A program made the translations under genes and the position numbers. Shown piece by piece: positions 1 to 10,079 of a stretch of DNA of 64,000 nucleotides (position 1 is its first letter; each line of letters begins with the position of its first letter). The stretch comes from an uncultured Bacteroidales bacterium (GTDB lineage Bacteria; Bacteroidota; Bacteroidia; Bacteroidales; VadinHA17), in assembly GCA_963823065.1 (NCBI GenBank), contig CAWGJX010000004.1:192139-256138 (forward strand), written 5' to 3'. Below the pieces are notes generated by a model. The model saw only the letters and a program-made list of their open reading frames with translations. It was not told where the DNA came from and searched no databases.

Positions 1-894
1 CATCCTGATGTCGTTTGCGATTTTCATAAGGCTAACTGCTAATTGCTTTATCGCTCCGTGTGCCTCAACAATAGCGTCATTTGATGCCAGTGCTTCAAAC
101 TTGTTTTCAGCTGTAATAAATGGCATTTTCGTCAACCTGGCGATTTCACTGGCAACCATAACGTCGAACTTTTCAGGTGTATTCAGCCCGGTTCCGACAG
201 CAGTTCCTCCCAAAGCTAACTCTGAAAGATGTGGTAAGGTGTTTACCAGCGCTTTCAGTCCATGTTTCAACTGGGATACATACCCTGAAAATTCCTGACC
301 TAGTGACAACGGAGTTGCATCCATTAAATGAGTACGGCCAATCTTGATTATTCCAGCCATTGACAGTGACTTGTCCGATAAAGTATTTGTTAACAGCTCC
401 AGAGCAGGGATAGTATATTCAGTTATCTTTTTGTACGCAGCGATATGCATTGCAGTCGGGAATGTGTCATTTGACGACTGCGACATATTCACATCATCAT
501 TTGGATGGATGAGTCTTTTTCCTTCTCCCAACCTGTTCCCCAGCAAAACATGTGCACGGTTTGCAATTACCTCATTACAATTCATATTGGTATGCGTTCC
601 CGATCCGGTTTGCCATATAACAAGTGGAAACTGGTCGTCAAGTTTACCATCAATAATTTCATCGCATACCTGCGAAATAATTTTCATTTTAATATCCGGA
701 AGCAATCCGAATTTATTATTTAGGACAGCTGCTGCTTTTTTCAGGTACCCAAAAGAATGTATTATCTCAATTGGCATGGAACCAGGCTGACCTATTGGGA
801 AATACATAATTGATCGTTGGGTCTGAGCTCCCCAATATTTATCAGAGGGGACCTGGATCTCTCCCATAGTATCTTTTTCAAGCCGGTATTCCAT
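1..894 (-). CDS. fumC: fumarate hydratase class II, N-terminal 298 codons (rest lies beyond the window start)
   Basis: Absent from the ORF track because it runs off the window edge. The minus-strand frame is open from the ATG at 894-892 down to nt 1. My translation starts [28 protein letters not shown] and contains [23 protein letters not shown] and [16 protein letters not shown], typical class II fumarase motifs. The ATG shares one base with the acnA stop (TGATG). Confidence 0.85.
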   Translation of the reverse strand, partial: MEYRLEKDTMGEIQVPSDKYWGAQTQRSIMYFPIGQPGSMPIEIIHSFGYLKKAAAVLNNKFGLLPDIKMKIISQVCDEIIDGKLDDQFPLVIWQTGSGTHTNMNCNEVIANRAHVLLGNRLGEGKRLIHPNDDVNMSQSSNDTFPTAMHIAAYKKITEYTIPALELLTNTLSDKSLSMAGIIKIGRTHLMDATPLSLGQEFSGYVSQLKHGLKALVNTLPHLSELALGGTAVGTGLNTPEKFDVMVASEIARLTKMPFITAENKFEALASNDAIVEAHGAIKQLAVSLMKIANDIRM

Positions 895-3728
895 CACTTC
901 AATTTTGGATTATTTTTTACTGATCGGTTTTTTTCAGTTTTAAGAACATTTCTTAACACATATTGAAGTATTCCGTTACTCTTAAAATATGCTACTTCCA
1001 TTGAAGAATCAAGTCTTGCTACTGTCTTGAACTCTAATTTTGATCCATCAGGTCTGGTTGCTGACACTTTTATTTCCATATTAGGGTGCAGTTCACCAAG
1101 GTTAAAAATGTCATATGTTTCATTACCTGATAATTTGCATGTCATAGCATTTTCTCCATCCTTGAACTGCAGGGGCAGAACTCCCATTCCTACCAGATTA
1201 CTCCTGTGAATGCGTTCGAAACTTTCGGCAATAATCGCTCTGATCCCTAAAAGAGATACTCCTTTTGCCGCCCAGTCACGTGATGAACCGCTGCCATATT
1301 CCTTACCCGCAATTACAAGAAGGGGAGTATTATCTGCTTTATACTTTTCAGATGCCTCAAAAACTGACATCACCTTGTTATCGGGCAAGTAATTTGTGAA
1401 TCCACCTTCCCTTTCGACTAATTCATTTTTCAAACGGACATTGGCAAAAGTCCCTCTCATCATTATCTCATGATTACCCCTTCGTGAGCCATATGAGTTA
1501 AAATCCTTTTTATCAATACCCAGACTTTTCAGATACTCTCCTGCAGAGGAGTTCTCCGCTATAGATCCTGCAGGCGAGATATGATCTGTCGTTACCGAAT
1601 CTCCAAGTTTGAGCAATACCCTTGCTGCCCTGATATCAGAAATTTCATCTGCTTCTGCTGAAATATCCTTAAAAAATGGAGCTTCCTTTATATATGAGGA
1701 CTTTTCATCCCATTCAAATATTTCACTTTTCGGTGTATCAAGTATTTCCCACTTTTCATCACCTTTAAAAATGTTTTCATAATTCTTTATAAAATCTTTT
1801 GAATCAAGAACTTTGTTCATGACCGCCTCTATTTCTTCAGCAGAAGGCCAGATATCACGCAGGTAAACCGGTTCCAGGTTAGGGTCAAATCCTAATGGCT
1901 CGTTTTGAAAATCAATATCTATCCTTCCAGGCAATGCATATGCAATTACAAGCGGTGGAGAGGCCAGAAAATTCATTTTTACAAGAGGATGAATCCTGGC
2001 CTCAAAATTTCTGTTTCCTGAAAGAACCGATGCTACAACTAACTTATTGTCAGTTACGGCTTTATTGATGTGAGGAGGTAATGGGCCGCTGTTCCCTATA
2101 CAGGTTGTACAACCATACCCGACTGTGTGAAATCCCAGAGCTTCAAGGAAAGGAAGCAAATTAGCTTTTTCAAGGTACGTTGTCACAACCTTAGATCCTG
2201 GCGCAAGGCTTGTCTTAACCCATGGCCTTGTCCTCAGCCCTCTCTCCACAGCTTTCTTTGCAAGCAATCCTGCTGCTATCATAACGCTGGGGTTAGAGGT
2301 ATTTGTGCAACTTGTAATTGCAGCAATTACAACAGATCCGTCACTGATCAGAAATTCTGAGTTATCAGTTTTTATAGTTACACTTTTAAGGCCATTTTTT
2401 ATTTCTGCCCAAGTTTCCACTTCTATCCCTGCCTCTTCAATCTTATGCGACTCTGATTTAGTTTGCCTTACTTGTTGTTCAAGATGGCCGCCCTCGTTTG
2501 ACCATTGACCTCCTGATCTCGATTCAAGAGCGACATAATCTCTCTCATAGCTTTTCTTAAGAATTTCAATAAAACTGTTTTTTACTCCTGATAATGCAAT
2601 CTTATCCTGTGGTCTTCTCGGACCGGCGACAGACGGCTCTATATCGTTTAAATTCAATTGTATAACCTCAGTATACTTAATCTTATCCTCATTCTCACGC
2701 CATAAAAGATTCGTCTTAAGATATTTCTCAACCGTATCAATATGTTTTTTATCCCTTCCTGTTATTCTTAGATAATCGAGTGTTTTAGAGTCAGGAGGGA
2801 AATAAGTTACGGTGCATCCGAACTCAGGCGACATATTGGAAATTGTTGCCCTGTCGGGTACACTCAGGTTATTTAGCCCATCTCCGAAAACCTCAACAAA
2901 TTTATTCACGACTCCTTTTTTTCTTAATAATTCGGCTACCGTAAGTACTAAATCAGTGGATGTTATACCATCTTTCAGGTGACCGGTCAATTTCAAGCCG
3001 ACAACCTCCGGAAGCATTATGTAAATAGGTTGTCCAAGCATTACAGCTTCTGCTTCTATTCCACCAACACCCCAGCCAATCACACCAATACCATTAACCA
3101 TCGGGGTATGTGAGTCAGTTCCAACTAAAGTATCGGGAAATAAAATCCCGTTTCTTGCAGTAACAACCTTTGCAAGATATTCCAGATTTACCTGGTGACA
3201 AATGCCCAGTCCGGGAGGAAGGACATTAAAATTTTCAAATGACGACTGTGCCCATTTTAATAAGGAATATCTTTCTGAGTTGCGTTCATATTCCAGGTCC
3301 ACATTTCTCTGGTAAGCATAATTTGTACTAAAAAAATCGACCTGAACCGAGTGGTCAATTATTAAGTCAACTGGTACCTGAGGGTTAATTAATCCGGCAT
3401 TTATATTTTTCCGGGCTACCTCTGACCGGATTGACGCAATGTCCACAATTGAAGGAACGCCGGTGAAATCCTGCATCAGTACTCTTGAGGGTAAATATGG
3501 GATTTCCTTGAAAGTAAGATTAAGATTCCAGTTTAAAATATTGTCGACGTGAGTTTTATGGAAACCTGTGTTGTCGAAATTCCTGATTATATTTTCGAGT
3601 AGAATTCTTATTGAAAAAGGCAATTCATCTATCTTGTGACCATCTTTAGAAAGTTCAGACAAGGAGAAGTATCTGAACTTTCCCAGCGGTGTGTCAATAC
3701 TTTTAGATAATTTTTCTATTCCGGCCAT
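894..3728 (-). CDS. acnA: aconitate hydratase (AcnA type, 944 aa)
   Basis: Track ORF with aconitase Fe-S and substrate motifs [19 protein letters not shown] and [10 protein letters not shown], and a full-length four-domain size. Confidence 0.93.
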   Translation of the reverse strand: MAGIEKLSKSIDTPLGKFRYFSLSELSKDGHKIDELPFSIRILLENIIRNFDNTGFHKTHVDNILNWNLNLTFKEIPYLPSRVLMQDFTGVPSIVDIASIRSEVARKNINAGLINPQVPVDLIIDHSVQVDFFSTNYAYQRNVDLEYERNSERYSLLKWAQSSFENFNVLPPGLGICHQVNLEYLAKVVTARNGILFPDTLVGTDSHTPMVNGIGVIGWGVGGIEAEAVMLGQPIYIMLPEVVGLKLTGHLKDGITSTDLVLTVAELLRKKGVVNKFVEVFGDGLNNLSVPDRATISNMSPEFGCTVTYFPPDSKTLDYLRITGRDKKHIDTVEKYLKTNLLWRENEDKIKYTEVIQLNLNDIEPSVAGPRRPQDKIALSGVKNSFIEILKKSYERDYVALESRSGGQWSNEGGHLEQQVRQTKSESHKIEEAGIEVETWAEIKNGLKSVTIKTDNSEFLISDGSVVIAAITSCTNTSNPSVMIAAGLLAKKAVERGLRTRPWVKTSLAPGSKVVTTYLEKANLLPFLEALGFHTVGYGCTTCIGNSGPLPPHINKAVTDNKLVVASVLSGNRNFEARIHPLVKMNFLASPPLVIAYALPGRIDIDFQNEPLGFDPNLEPVYLRDIWPSAEEIEAVMNKVLDSKDFIKNYENIFKGDEKWEILDTPKSEIFEWDEKSSYIKEAPFFKDISAEADEISDIRAARVLLKLGDSVTTDHISPAGSIAENSSAGEYLKSLGIDKKDFNSYGSRRGNHEIMMRGTFANVRLKNELVEREGGFTNYLPDNKVMSVFEASEKYKADNTPLLVIAGKEYGSGSSRDWAAKGVSLLGIRAIIAESFERIHRSNLVGMGVLPLQFKDGENAMTCKLSGNETYDIFNLGELHPNMEIKVSATRPDGSKLEFKTVARLDSSMEVAYFKSNGILQYVLRNVLKTEKNRSVKNNPKLK

Positions 3729-4196
3729 GACATACGTTCATTAAAATTATAATTCAGGAACAAATTAAAACCTGTCCGTCGAATACTGGTTAAACAACAG
3801 CTGACTCAAAGAGTTGATGAATTGATGATTTTTTATTTCTTTGGCCAGCATAATCAGTTTATCCGGAGAGGAAATACGAACACTTGATGCTTTTTGCAGG
3901 ACACACTTCATTGATCTTGTACCAAACCATAATTCCCTTGGTAATATGATGGCATGGGGATTCTGGAGAAAATTGGTACAGCAGGCGTTGTTTTGTATTT
4001 GAAATTTGCATCATAGCAGAAGTAAGCAAGCAAGTTAAACCAGAATGAATTCATAGCCGCACTGATATTGTGCATTGGGAAAATAACTTATCCAAATAGT
4101 TATCTGAATTTTAGGTAATCTCTTTTTACATCTGAAAATAATCCTGCCTTTTCTCAGAACATTTTTAAAGTGTCAATGGTTATTGTTACCGAGACC

Positions 4197-4204
4197 TAGT
4201 TTTG
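4197..4204 (+). promoter_or_regulatory. candidate Bacteroidota -7 promoter box TAGTTTTG upstream of the SusC-like gene
   Basis: Exact match to the TAnnTTTG consensus, 17 nt before the TTG at 4221 and 29 nt before the ATG at 4233. Confidence 0.4.
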
Positions 4205-4232
4205 ATAATCCTTTTATAAATTGTTCCAGCCT

Positions 4233-7211
4233 ATGAAAAAGATAATTCTGCTTTTAATTTCACTGGTTATTTTTCAAAATGTTTTTTCTCAGCAATCAGT
4301 GAAAGGGAAGATTACGGACGCACAGAATAATCCTGTTGCAGGGGCATCTGTGCAGGTTAAAAATACATTGCGCGGTACTTTCAGTGGTATAGATGGAGGA
4401 TACGAAATAGTTGCTTCGCCGACTGACACGTTAGTATTCTCAATGTTAGGTATGTCAACTCAGACAATTCCTGTTGCGGATAAAGAAATCGTAAACGTGA
4501 AATTACTTGTCGAATCAACGGAATTAAGTGAGGTTGTTGTAATAGGTTACGGAACAGTTAAAAAGAGCGATTTGACCGGCTCCGTATCAGTGGTAAAATC
4601 CGCTGACCTTACAAAAATAACAACATTAAACCCGGAACAGGAGTTGCAGGGAAAAGTTACAGGGGTGCAGGTGGCCAGTACTTCAGGCGCACCAGGAGCC
4701 GTACCTTCAATTCTTATAAGGGGCGTGGGTACCTTTAACGACAGTTCACCGATCTTTGTTGTAGATGGGGTAATTACGGATGATGTCTCTTTTCTTAACC
4801 CTGAAGATATTGCTTCAATGAGTATTCTCAAAGATGCTTCAGCCACTGCAATATATGGTTCAAGGGGTGCTAATGGGGTCATATTAATTACCACAAAAAC
4901 AGGCAAAAAAGGCAAAACAATATTTAGCTATTCAGGAGACTATGGAGTACAGATATTGGAAAAGAAAATCAATTTGCTGACCGGAAAAGAATATGCAACC
5001 GTAGTTAATGAGATTACACCAACCTACAATAATGTGAACCTTGTTCCTAATACCGACTGGCAGTCTTTGATATTTCATCCGGCATCCATTCAGAGCCACC
5101 AGTTCTCTGCCTCAGGCGCTACCGAAAACAATAAGTTTTATTTGAGTATGGGATATTTTAATCAGGATGGAATAGTAGATAAGTCAAGCTATAAAAGGCT
5201 CACTTTCCAATTAAATAATAGCTATTCCCTGACAAAAAATATTACATTAAGCAATTTCTTAACAATAACCCCTTATAAGCAGCAAAACGCGCCTAATGTG
5301 GTCTATTCTGCTTATCGTGCCCGCCCGGATCTTCTTCCATATAATTCTGATGGAAGTTATGCAGAAATTTTTAATGTGGGAAATCCTTTGGCCGACCTGC
5401 AATATTCCAATAATTATAATAATGGAGTTCGTGGTGTCGGAAATCTCATTGCTGAAGCAACGGTCCTGAAAGACTTTAAAGCAAAAAGCAGCTTTGGTCT
5501 TGATGCCGCGTACAATCAAGGCACAAGTTTTACTCCTGCTTATTATGTATCCTCTCAACAACAAAATCTTTTGAATACGCTTAATAAGGGTAACAGTCAC
5601 AATATAACCTGGATATGGGAAAACACCCTTACTTTTGATCACCAGTTCGGTAAACACTCTATAAATGCTCTAGCAGGATATACTATGCAGAGAGCTACTT
5701 CTGAAAATTCCTCCATGTCAGGGAAAAACATTATCCGGACCTCTCCTGATTTCTGGTACTTCAATCCGAACTATATTTACGATCCTACAAGCGGTGTAAA
5801 TACCATTAGCAGCATCTCCAACGGGGTTGATGCCAACCTGAACTATTCAATGATGTCGTACCTTTTCAGGGCAAATTATACATATAATTCAAAATATGTT
5901 TTAACAGGTACCTTTCGCCGCGACGGCTCCTCCAAATTCAGTTCATCTAACAGGTATGGTAATTTCCCTTCCTTCGCGGCAGGCTGGATTGTATCAAGAG
6001 AAAGTTTTATGGAGAACCTGAGCTTTCTTTCTAATTTAAAGCTGCGAGCAAGCTGGGGGATCATAGGTAATGATAAAATACCCTATCTTGGACGATATTC
6101 CGTTACTCTGCCACTGGTGACAGTACTGGGAGTTCCCCCCACTGTGAATTCAGCTGTCACTTATGATGTTTCCGGTAACCCAAACCTGAAATGGGAAAGC
6201 ACCAGGCAAGGCGATGCTGGTCTGGAAATTGGTCTTTTCAATGACAAACTATCGGGCGAATTTGACTATTATAACCGTGTCACTTACAACATCCTGCTTG
6301 CATTAGCCACACCTGATTATCTGGGAAATGGATCGGGTGCCCTGGAATATTTCAATGCGGCTTCAGTGAAAAATACCGGCTTTGAGGGCAAGATTACATG
6401 GAAAGCAAAACTAGGAGAGGTAAATTATAGCGTCTCCTTATTGGGATCGACTACCAGGAATAAAGTATTAAAAGTAGGTGGAAGCAGTGGAATCGATTCG
6501 GTGTTGTTAGGAGGATACTTGTCTAATGGGATTGCTGTGACTCAAAGCAGGGTAGGTCTGCCCATTGGAGCATTTTACGGATACAAAACCAACGGGATTT
6601 TTCAAAGTGTGGCCGACCTGAATGCCTACCCGCATTTATCAACGGCAGTGCCAGGCGACTTACGATTTGTTGATGTGAACCATGACGGGAAGATTGATGG
6701 TAATGACCGTACCTATATCGGATCACCAATTCCGAAATTTCTCATGGGATTTAATTTTGAAGTCGACTATAAAGGATTCGACTTCTCCTTAGATATACAG
6801 GGAGTTTATGGGAATAAGATTTTCAACGCCAAAGAAGATGTAAGGCCTGACCCATATAACTGGGAAAAGCATGTTCTTGGGGCATGGACGGGTCCTGGAA
6901 CAAGTAATTCTGAACCCAGAGCTACATATGGCGGCAACAATTACCTGCCTTCTGATAAATTTATACTGGACGGTTCTTTTACAAGGTTGAGAAATGTCAA
7001 CCTGGGTTATACACTGCCTTCTGCCATTACCAAAAAACTGGCAATCAGCAGATTGAGAATCTATGTGAAAGGGTCCAACTTATACACACTGACTAAGTTT
7101 ACAGGGTACTCACCTGAGATAGGAAGCTCCTCTGTTATTTCGGGCGCAATAGATAACGGAACCTATCCTGTCACTTCTGTATATTCCTTTGGAATTAACT
7201 TAACCTTTTGA
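4233..7211 (+). CDS. SusC/RagA-family TonB-dependent outer-membrane transporter
   Basis: Signal peptide (MKKIILLLISLVIFQNVFSQ), a CarboxypepD_reg-like N-terminal domain (VKGKITDAQNNPVAGASVQVKN), plug motifs (VVIGYGTVKKSDLTGSV, IRGVGTFNDSSPIFVVDG), a roughly 1000-aa barrel ending in ...GINLTF, and a SusD-like gene immediately downstream. The track ORF opens at a TTG at 4221; the ATG at 4233 is the more likely start. No STN domain is seen. Confidence 0.9.
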   Translation: MKKIILLLISLVIFQNVFSQQSVKGKITDAQNNPVAGASVQVKNTLRGTFSGIDGGYEIVASPTDTLVFSMLGMSTQTIPVADKEIVNVKLLVESTELSEVVVIGYGTVKKSDLTGSVSVVKSADLTKITTLNPEQELQGKVTGVQVASTSGAPGAVPSILIRGVGTFNDSSPIFVVDGVITDDVSFLNPEDIASMSILKDASATAIYGSRGANGVILITTKTGKKGKTIFSYSGDYGVQILEKKINLLTGKEYATVVNEITPTYNNVNLVPNTDWQSLIFHPASIQSHQFSASGATENNKFYLSMGYFNQDGIVDKSSYKRLTFQLNNSYSLTKNITLSNFLTITPYKQQNAPNVVYSAYRARPDLLPYNSDGSYAEIFNVGNPLADLQYSNNYNNGVRGVGNLIAEATVLKDFKAKSSFGLDAAYNQGTSFTPAYYVSSQQQNLLNTLNKGNSHNITWIWENTLTFDHQFGKHSINALAGYTMQRATSENSSMSGKNIIRTSPDFWYFNPNYIYDPTSGVNTISSISNGVDANLNYSMMSYLFRANYTYNSKYVLTGTFRRDGSSKFSSSNRYGNFPSFAAGWIVSRESFMENLSFLSNLKLRASWGIIGNDKIPYLGRYSVTLPLVTVLGVPPTVNSAVTYDVSGNPNLKWESTRQGDAGLEIGLFNDKLSGEFDYYNRVTYNILLALATPDYLGNGSGALEYFNAASVKNTGFEGKITWKAKLGEVNYSVSLLGSTTRNKVLKVGGSSGIDSVLLGGYLSNGIAVTQSRVGLPIGAFYGYKTNGIFQSVADLNAYPHLSTAVPGDLRFVDVNHDGKIDGNDRTYIGSPIPKFLMGFNFEVDYKGFDFSLDIQGVYGNKIFNAKEDVRPDPYNWEKHVLGAWTGPGTSNSEPRATYGGNNYLPSDKFILDGSFTRLRNVNLGYTLPSAITKKLAISRLRIYVKGSNLYTLTKFTGYSPEIGSSSVISGAIDNGTYPVTSVYSFGINLTF

Positions 7212-7216
7212 TCATC

Positions 7217-8704
7217 ATGAAAATAATAAACATTATCTTACTTTGTTTCTACATCCTTGCTGCAGGATGTAAAGACTATTTGCAGATTAATCCACAGGGA
7301 GAATTAACACAGGCTTCCTTCCCGGTATCTTCTGCGGATGCATTGCAGGCGACAAATGCCGTATATGCTGCTGTGAGAAATTGGTATTATAATTCGGGCG
7401 GCTACCCAATTCTGGATATCATGTCTGATGATGCTTATAAAGGAAGTAATACCAACGATCAGTTGTCGACGGTTGGAGCCTACGATAATTTTACTTTCAA
7501 CACCACTGGCGATGGATTGGACAGGTGGTGGGCCACCTTATACCAGGGCATCAAATGGGCTAATGTTGTTATTGAGAAGGTACCGGCCATTACCATGGAT
7601 ACTACCTTAAGAAACCGGTATGTCGGAGAAGCGCGGTTCCTTCGGGGACTATTCTACTTTGATCTGGTCCGTGCCTGGGGAGGCGTTCCTGAAATGACAA
7701 CCACTGAGCCTGTATTGCATCTCAAGCGGTCTACCAGCGATGAAATCTACTCACTGATTATTTCGGACTTATTATATGCAGAAGCCCACCTTCCCCCTAA
7801 AAGTCAGTATACGTCATCAGATAGGGGCAGGGCTACTTCAGGCGCTTCCGAAGCTCTTCTGGCAAGAGTATATCTTTTTAAAAAGGATTTTGCTAATGCG
7901 GAAATTTATGCGCTTAAAGTAATCCAGTCAAATGAATATTCTCTGGAACCTCGATTTATTGATGCTAACGGAGTGAATGGCAATAATGGAGTCGAGTCAA
8001 TTTTCGAAGTGGGGGCCCTGGGAGTTGAAGATTATGAGGGAGGAGGGGCACAGTACGCCAATACCCAGGGAGTGAGGGGAGCGCCAAACAGGGGATGGGG
8101 TTTCAACCGGCCATCCATCGATTTGAGAAAGTCGTTTGAACCTGGAGATCCTCGTCTGAAAGGTACAATAATCGATCTCGGTGACACAATTGACGGTATT
8201 CCCATTATAGGCGATCCTAATCCTTCAACTGATCCTGTGGTTACGCTGGGTCCAAATGGAGATACACTCAATATACAGTGTTATAACCGGAAAGTATGGA
8301 CCCCTGGAAATGACACCCCAACACAGTGGTCGCATCATCGAAGGTTGATTCGATATGCTGATGTTTTGCTGATGGCTGCCGAAGCTCTTAACGAAAACGG
8401 GAAACAAGCGGATGCACTTATTTACCTCAACCAGGTAAGAAAAAGAGCGAGAGGCGGAAACAATTCGATACTACCAGATGTTTCTATCGTTGATGTAAAT
8501 TTGCTAAGGGATAAGATTTTGCTAGAACGTCGGCATGAACTTGCCCTTGAAGGTGAAAGGTTCTGGGATCTTGTTCGAACTGGTAACGCAGCTGCAGTTC
8601 TTGGGCCCCTGGGATTTGTTTCCGGTAAAAACGAATTGTTGCCTATTCACCAGAGTGAAATCGATATTTCACAAGGTTCCTTAACACAAAATCCTAATTA
8701 CTAA
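7217..8704 (+). CDS. SusD/RagB-family nutrient-binding outer-membrane lipoprotein
   Basis: Lipoprotein signal (LLCFYILAAGCKD), SusD-like blocks (EARFLRGLFYFDLVRAWGGVP, RYADVLLMAAEA, ERRHELALEGERFWDL), and a start that overlaps the end of the SusC-like gene. Confidence 0.88.
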   Translation: MKIINIILLCFYILAAGCKDYLQINPQGELTQASFPVSSADALQATNAVYAAVRNWYYNSGGYPILDIMSDDAYKGSNTNDQLSTVGAYDNFTFNTTGDGLDRWWATLYQGIKWANVVIEKVPAITMDTTLRNRYVGEARFLRGLFYFDLVRAWGGVPEMTTTEPVLHLKRSTSDEIYSLIISDLLYAEAHLPPKSQYTSSDRGRATSGASEALLARVYLFKKDFANAEIYALKVIQSNEYSLEPRFIDANGVNGNNGVESIFEVGALGVEDYEGGGAQYANTQGVRGAPNRGWGFNRPSIDLRKSFEPGDPRLKGTIIDLGDTIDGIPIIGDPNPSTDPVVTLGPNGDTLNIQCYNRKVWTPGNDTPTQWSHHRRLIRYADVLLMAAEALNENGKQADALIYLNQVRKRARGGNNSILPDVSIVDVNLLRDKILLERRHELALEGERFWDLVRTGNAAAVLGPLGFVSGKNELLPIHQSEIDISQGSLTQNPNY

Positions 8705-8751
8705 GGTAAATCAATTTCATTAAGATATGTTTAACTAAATAATTAACAATT

Positions 8752-10011
8752 ATGAAAAGAAAGATTTTGATTCTTGGTATTTCAACGGTAATTACATCTG
8801 TTCTCCTGTTGGATAGTTGTAAAAAAAGTACTCCGACTGCTCTCAATCTGGGAACACTGATGGTTGGAACTATTGATTTGAATGCCGCTACTGCTCCCAC
8901 TAATGTGCCTGTCAATCCGACTATTACAGCCATTTTTACTACTGACGTCGATGTGACGACCGCGACTGCAAGTAATATAACTCTTACAGAGAACTATGAT
9001 AATGTTGTAATTCCTTTGACCATTTCAGCTTCAGGAACGACAATCACAGTTACTCCTAAAGCTAATCTGGCTAATGGTGCGCTCTATCAGCTTGATTTCG
9101 CTGTAGGGTTAAAAGCAACAAATGGGGAAACGCTTCCGGCTGTTAACCGCTCGTTTACTACATTAGGTTCATTTCTTCCTTCAGGTGTGTATGCTTACTG
9201 GAACTTTGACGGTAACGCCAATGATCAGACAGGAAAATATAACGCTACAAGCGGAGGAATAACAGATATTACCTATGTGACAGGCCGTAATGCAGCATCC
9301 GGTCAGGCTGCACAGTTTAATGGTACCACCTCTCTCATTGAGATTCCCGGCGGTGATTCTCTTGCAACTGCCAAGGACTTTTCATTGAGTTTTTGGGTAA
9401 AAGAAGACACTACCGCAAAACGTGATCAGTTTGTAATGGGTGTTGCAGGGTGGTATGGTTTCCAGTTCGAAATCAACAGCAATGTTTATGGTACACAGAA
9501 GGGCCAGTGTAAACTGGCTGCCACATATAGCATAAGCGATGGAACCACAGCCTCACAGGATTTGTGGTTTGATGGCAGTGGCAGTACCAAAGACAATGGG
9601 GGTTGGCAGGGCTGGACATTCTGCAAGGACCTTAATTCGGGTACAGGAACAGGTGTAAATGGACTGTTAGCTCAACAATGGGCACATGTTGTGGCCACAT
9701 ATGATCATACAACAAAAATTGGAACCATATACATAAACGGACAGGAAATGAAAGCCCAGGATTTTAATCTTTATCCTGTTCCATTGTTGAACGCTACCGG
9801 ACTGAAGTATAACGGAGCTCCCGGTAATAATACTTTTGTCTTCGGCTTTATCCAGGATAAAGTCAGCCCAACAATACCTGATAGCTGGGCAAGTTATGCA
9901 GATCCGACTAATGGTCATTTTAAGGGTCAATTAGATGATGTAGCCATATATCATTCGGTGCTTACACCAACTTTGATTACATTAATTTATAACTCGGGCA
10001 AACCGCAATAA
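8752..10011 (+). CDS. surface lipoprotein with an Ig-like (Big_5/SbsA-type) domain and a LamG/concanavalin-A-like domain; candidate glycan-binding protein
   Basis: Lipobox LLLDSCKKS and an Ig-like segment (PVNPTITAIFTTDVDVTTATASNITL...YQLDFAVGLKATNGETL). The LamG_3-like segment follows (WNFDGNANDQTG...AAQFNGTTSLIEIP...GQLDDVAIY). Its position directly after SusD is typical for SGBPs. Confidence 0.6.
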   Translation: MKRKILILGISTVITSVLLLDSCKKSTPTALNLGTLMVGTIDLNAATAPTNVPVNPTITAIFTTDVDVTTATASNITLTENYDNVVIPLTISASGTTITVTPKANLANGALYQLDFAVGLKATNGETLPAVNRSFTTLGSFLPSGVYAYWNFDGNANDQTGKYNATSGGITDITYVTGRNAASGQAAQFNGTTSLIEIPGGDSLATAKDFSLSFWVKEDTTAKRDQFVMGVAGWYGFQFEINSNVYGTQKGQCKLAATYSISDGTTASQDLWFDGSGSTKDNGGWQGWTFCKDLNSGTGTGVNGLLAQQWAHVVATYDHTTKIGTIYINGQEMKAQDFNLYPVPLLNATGLKYNGAPGNNTFVFGFIQDKVSPTIPDSWASYADPTNGHFKGQLDDVAIYHSVLTPTLITLIYNSGKPQ

Positions 10012-10022
10012 AGTTTTAAACA

Positions 10023-10066
10023 AAAAGTAAGGGAGGGTAAAGAAACCCTTCCTTTACTTTTTATTC
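10023..10066 (+). terminator. imperfect hairpin plus T-run between the LamG gene and the first GH144-like gene
   Basis: AAAGTAAGGGAGGGT-AAAGAA-ACCCTTCCTTTACTTT followed by TTATTCTT. It may be a terminator or an attenuator inside the locus. Confidence 0.45.
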
Positions 10067-10079
10067 TTATCTTTTGGGT

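Noticed and set aside
8-790. Plus-strand track ORFs 8-298, 344-790 and 505-723
   Set aside because: They are low-complexity, Ser/Phe/Ile-rich antisense translations. The minus strand over the same span encodes a clean class II fumarase N-terminus, so these are shadow ORFs.
892-896. One- to four-nucleotide start/stop overlaps (TGATG acnA/fumC; TAATG at 26900-26904; ATGA at 51298-51301 and 35194-35197) and convergent stop overlaps (CTAG at 50436-50439; CTAA at 22445-22448; the 11-nt rlmN/GNAT overlap)
   Set aside because: They are real in the sequence, but they are ordinary signs of a compact genome and translational coupling. They are not reported as separate discoveries except where they bear on another finding.
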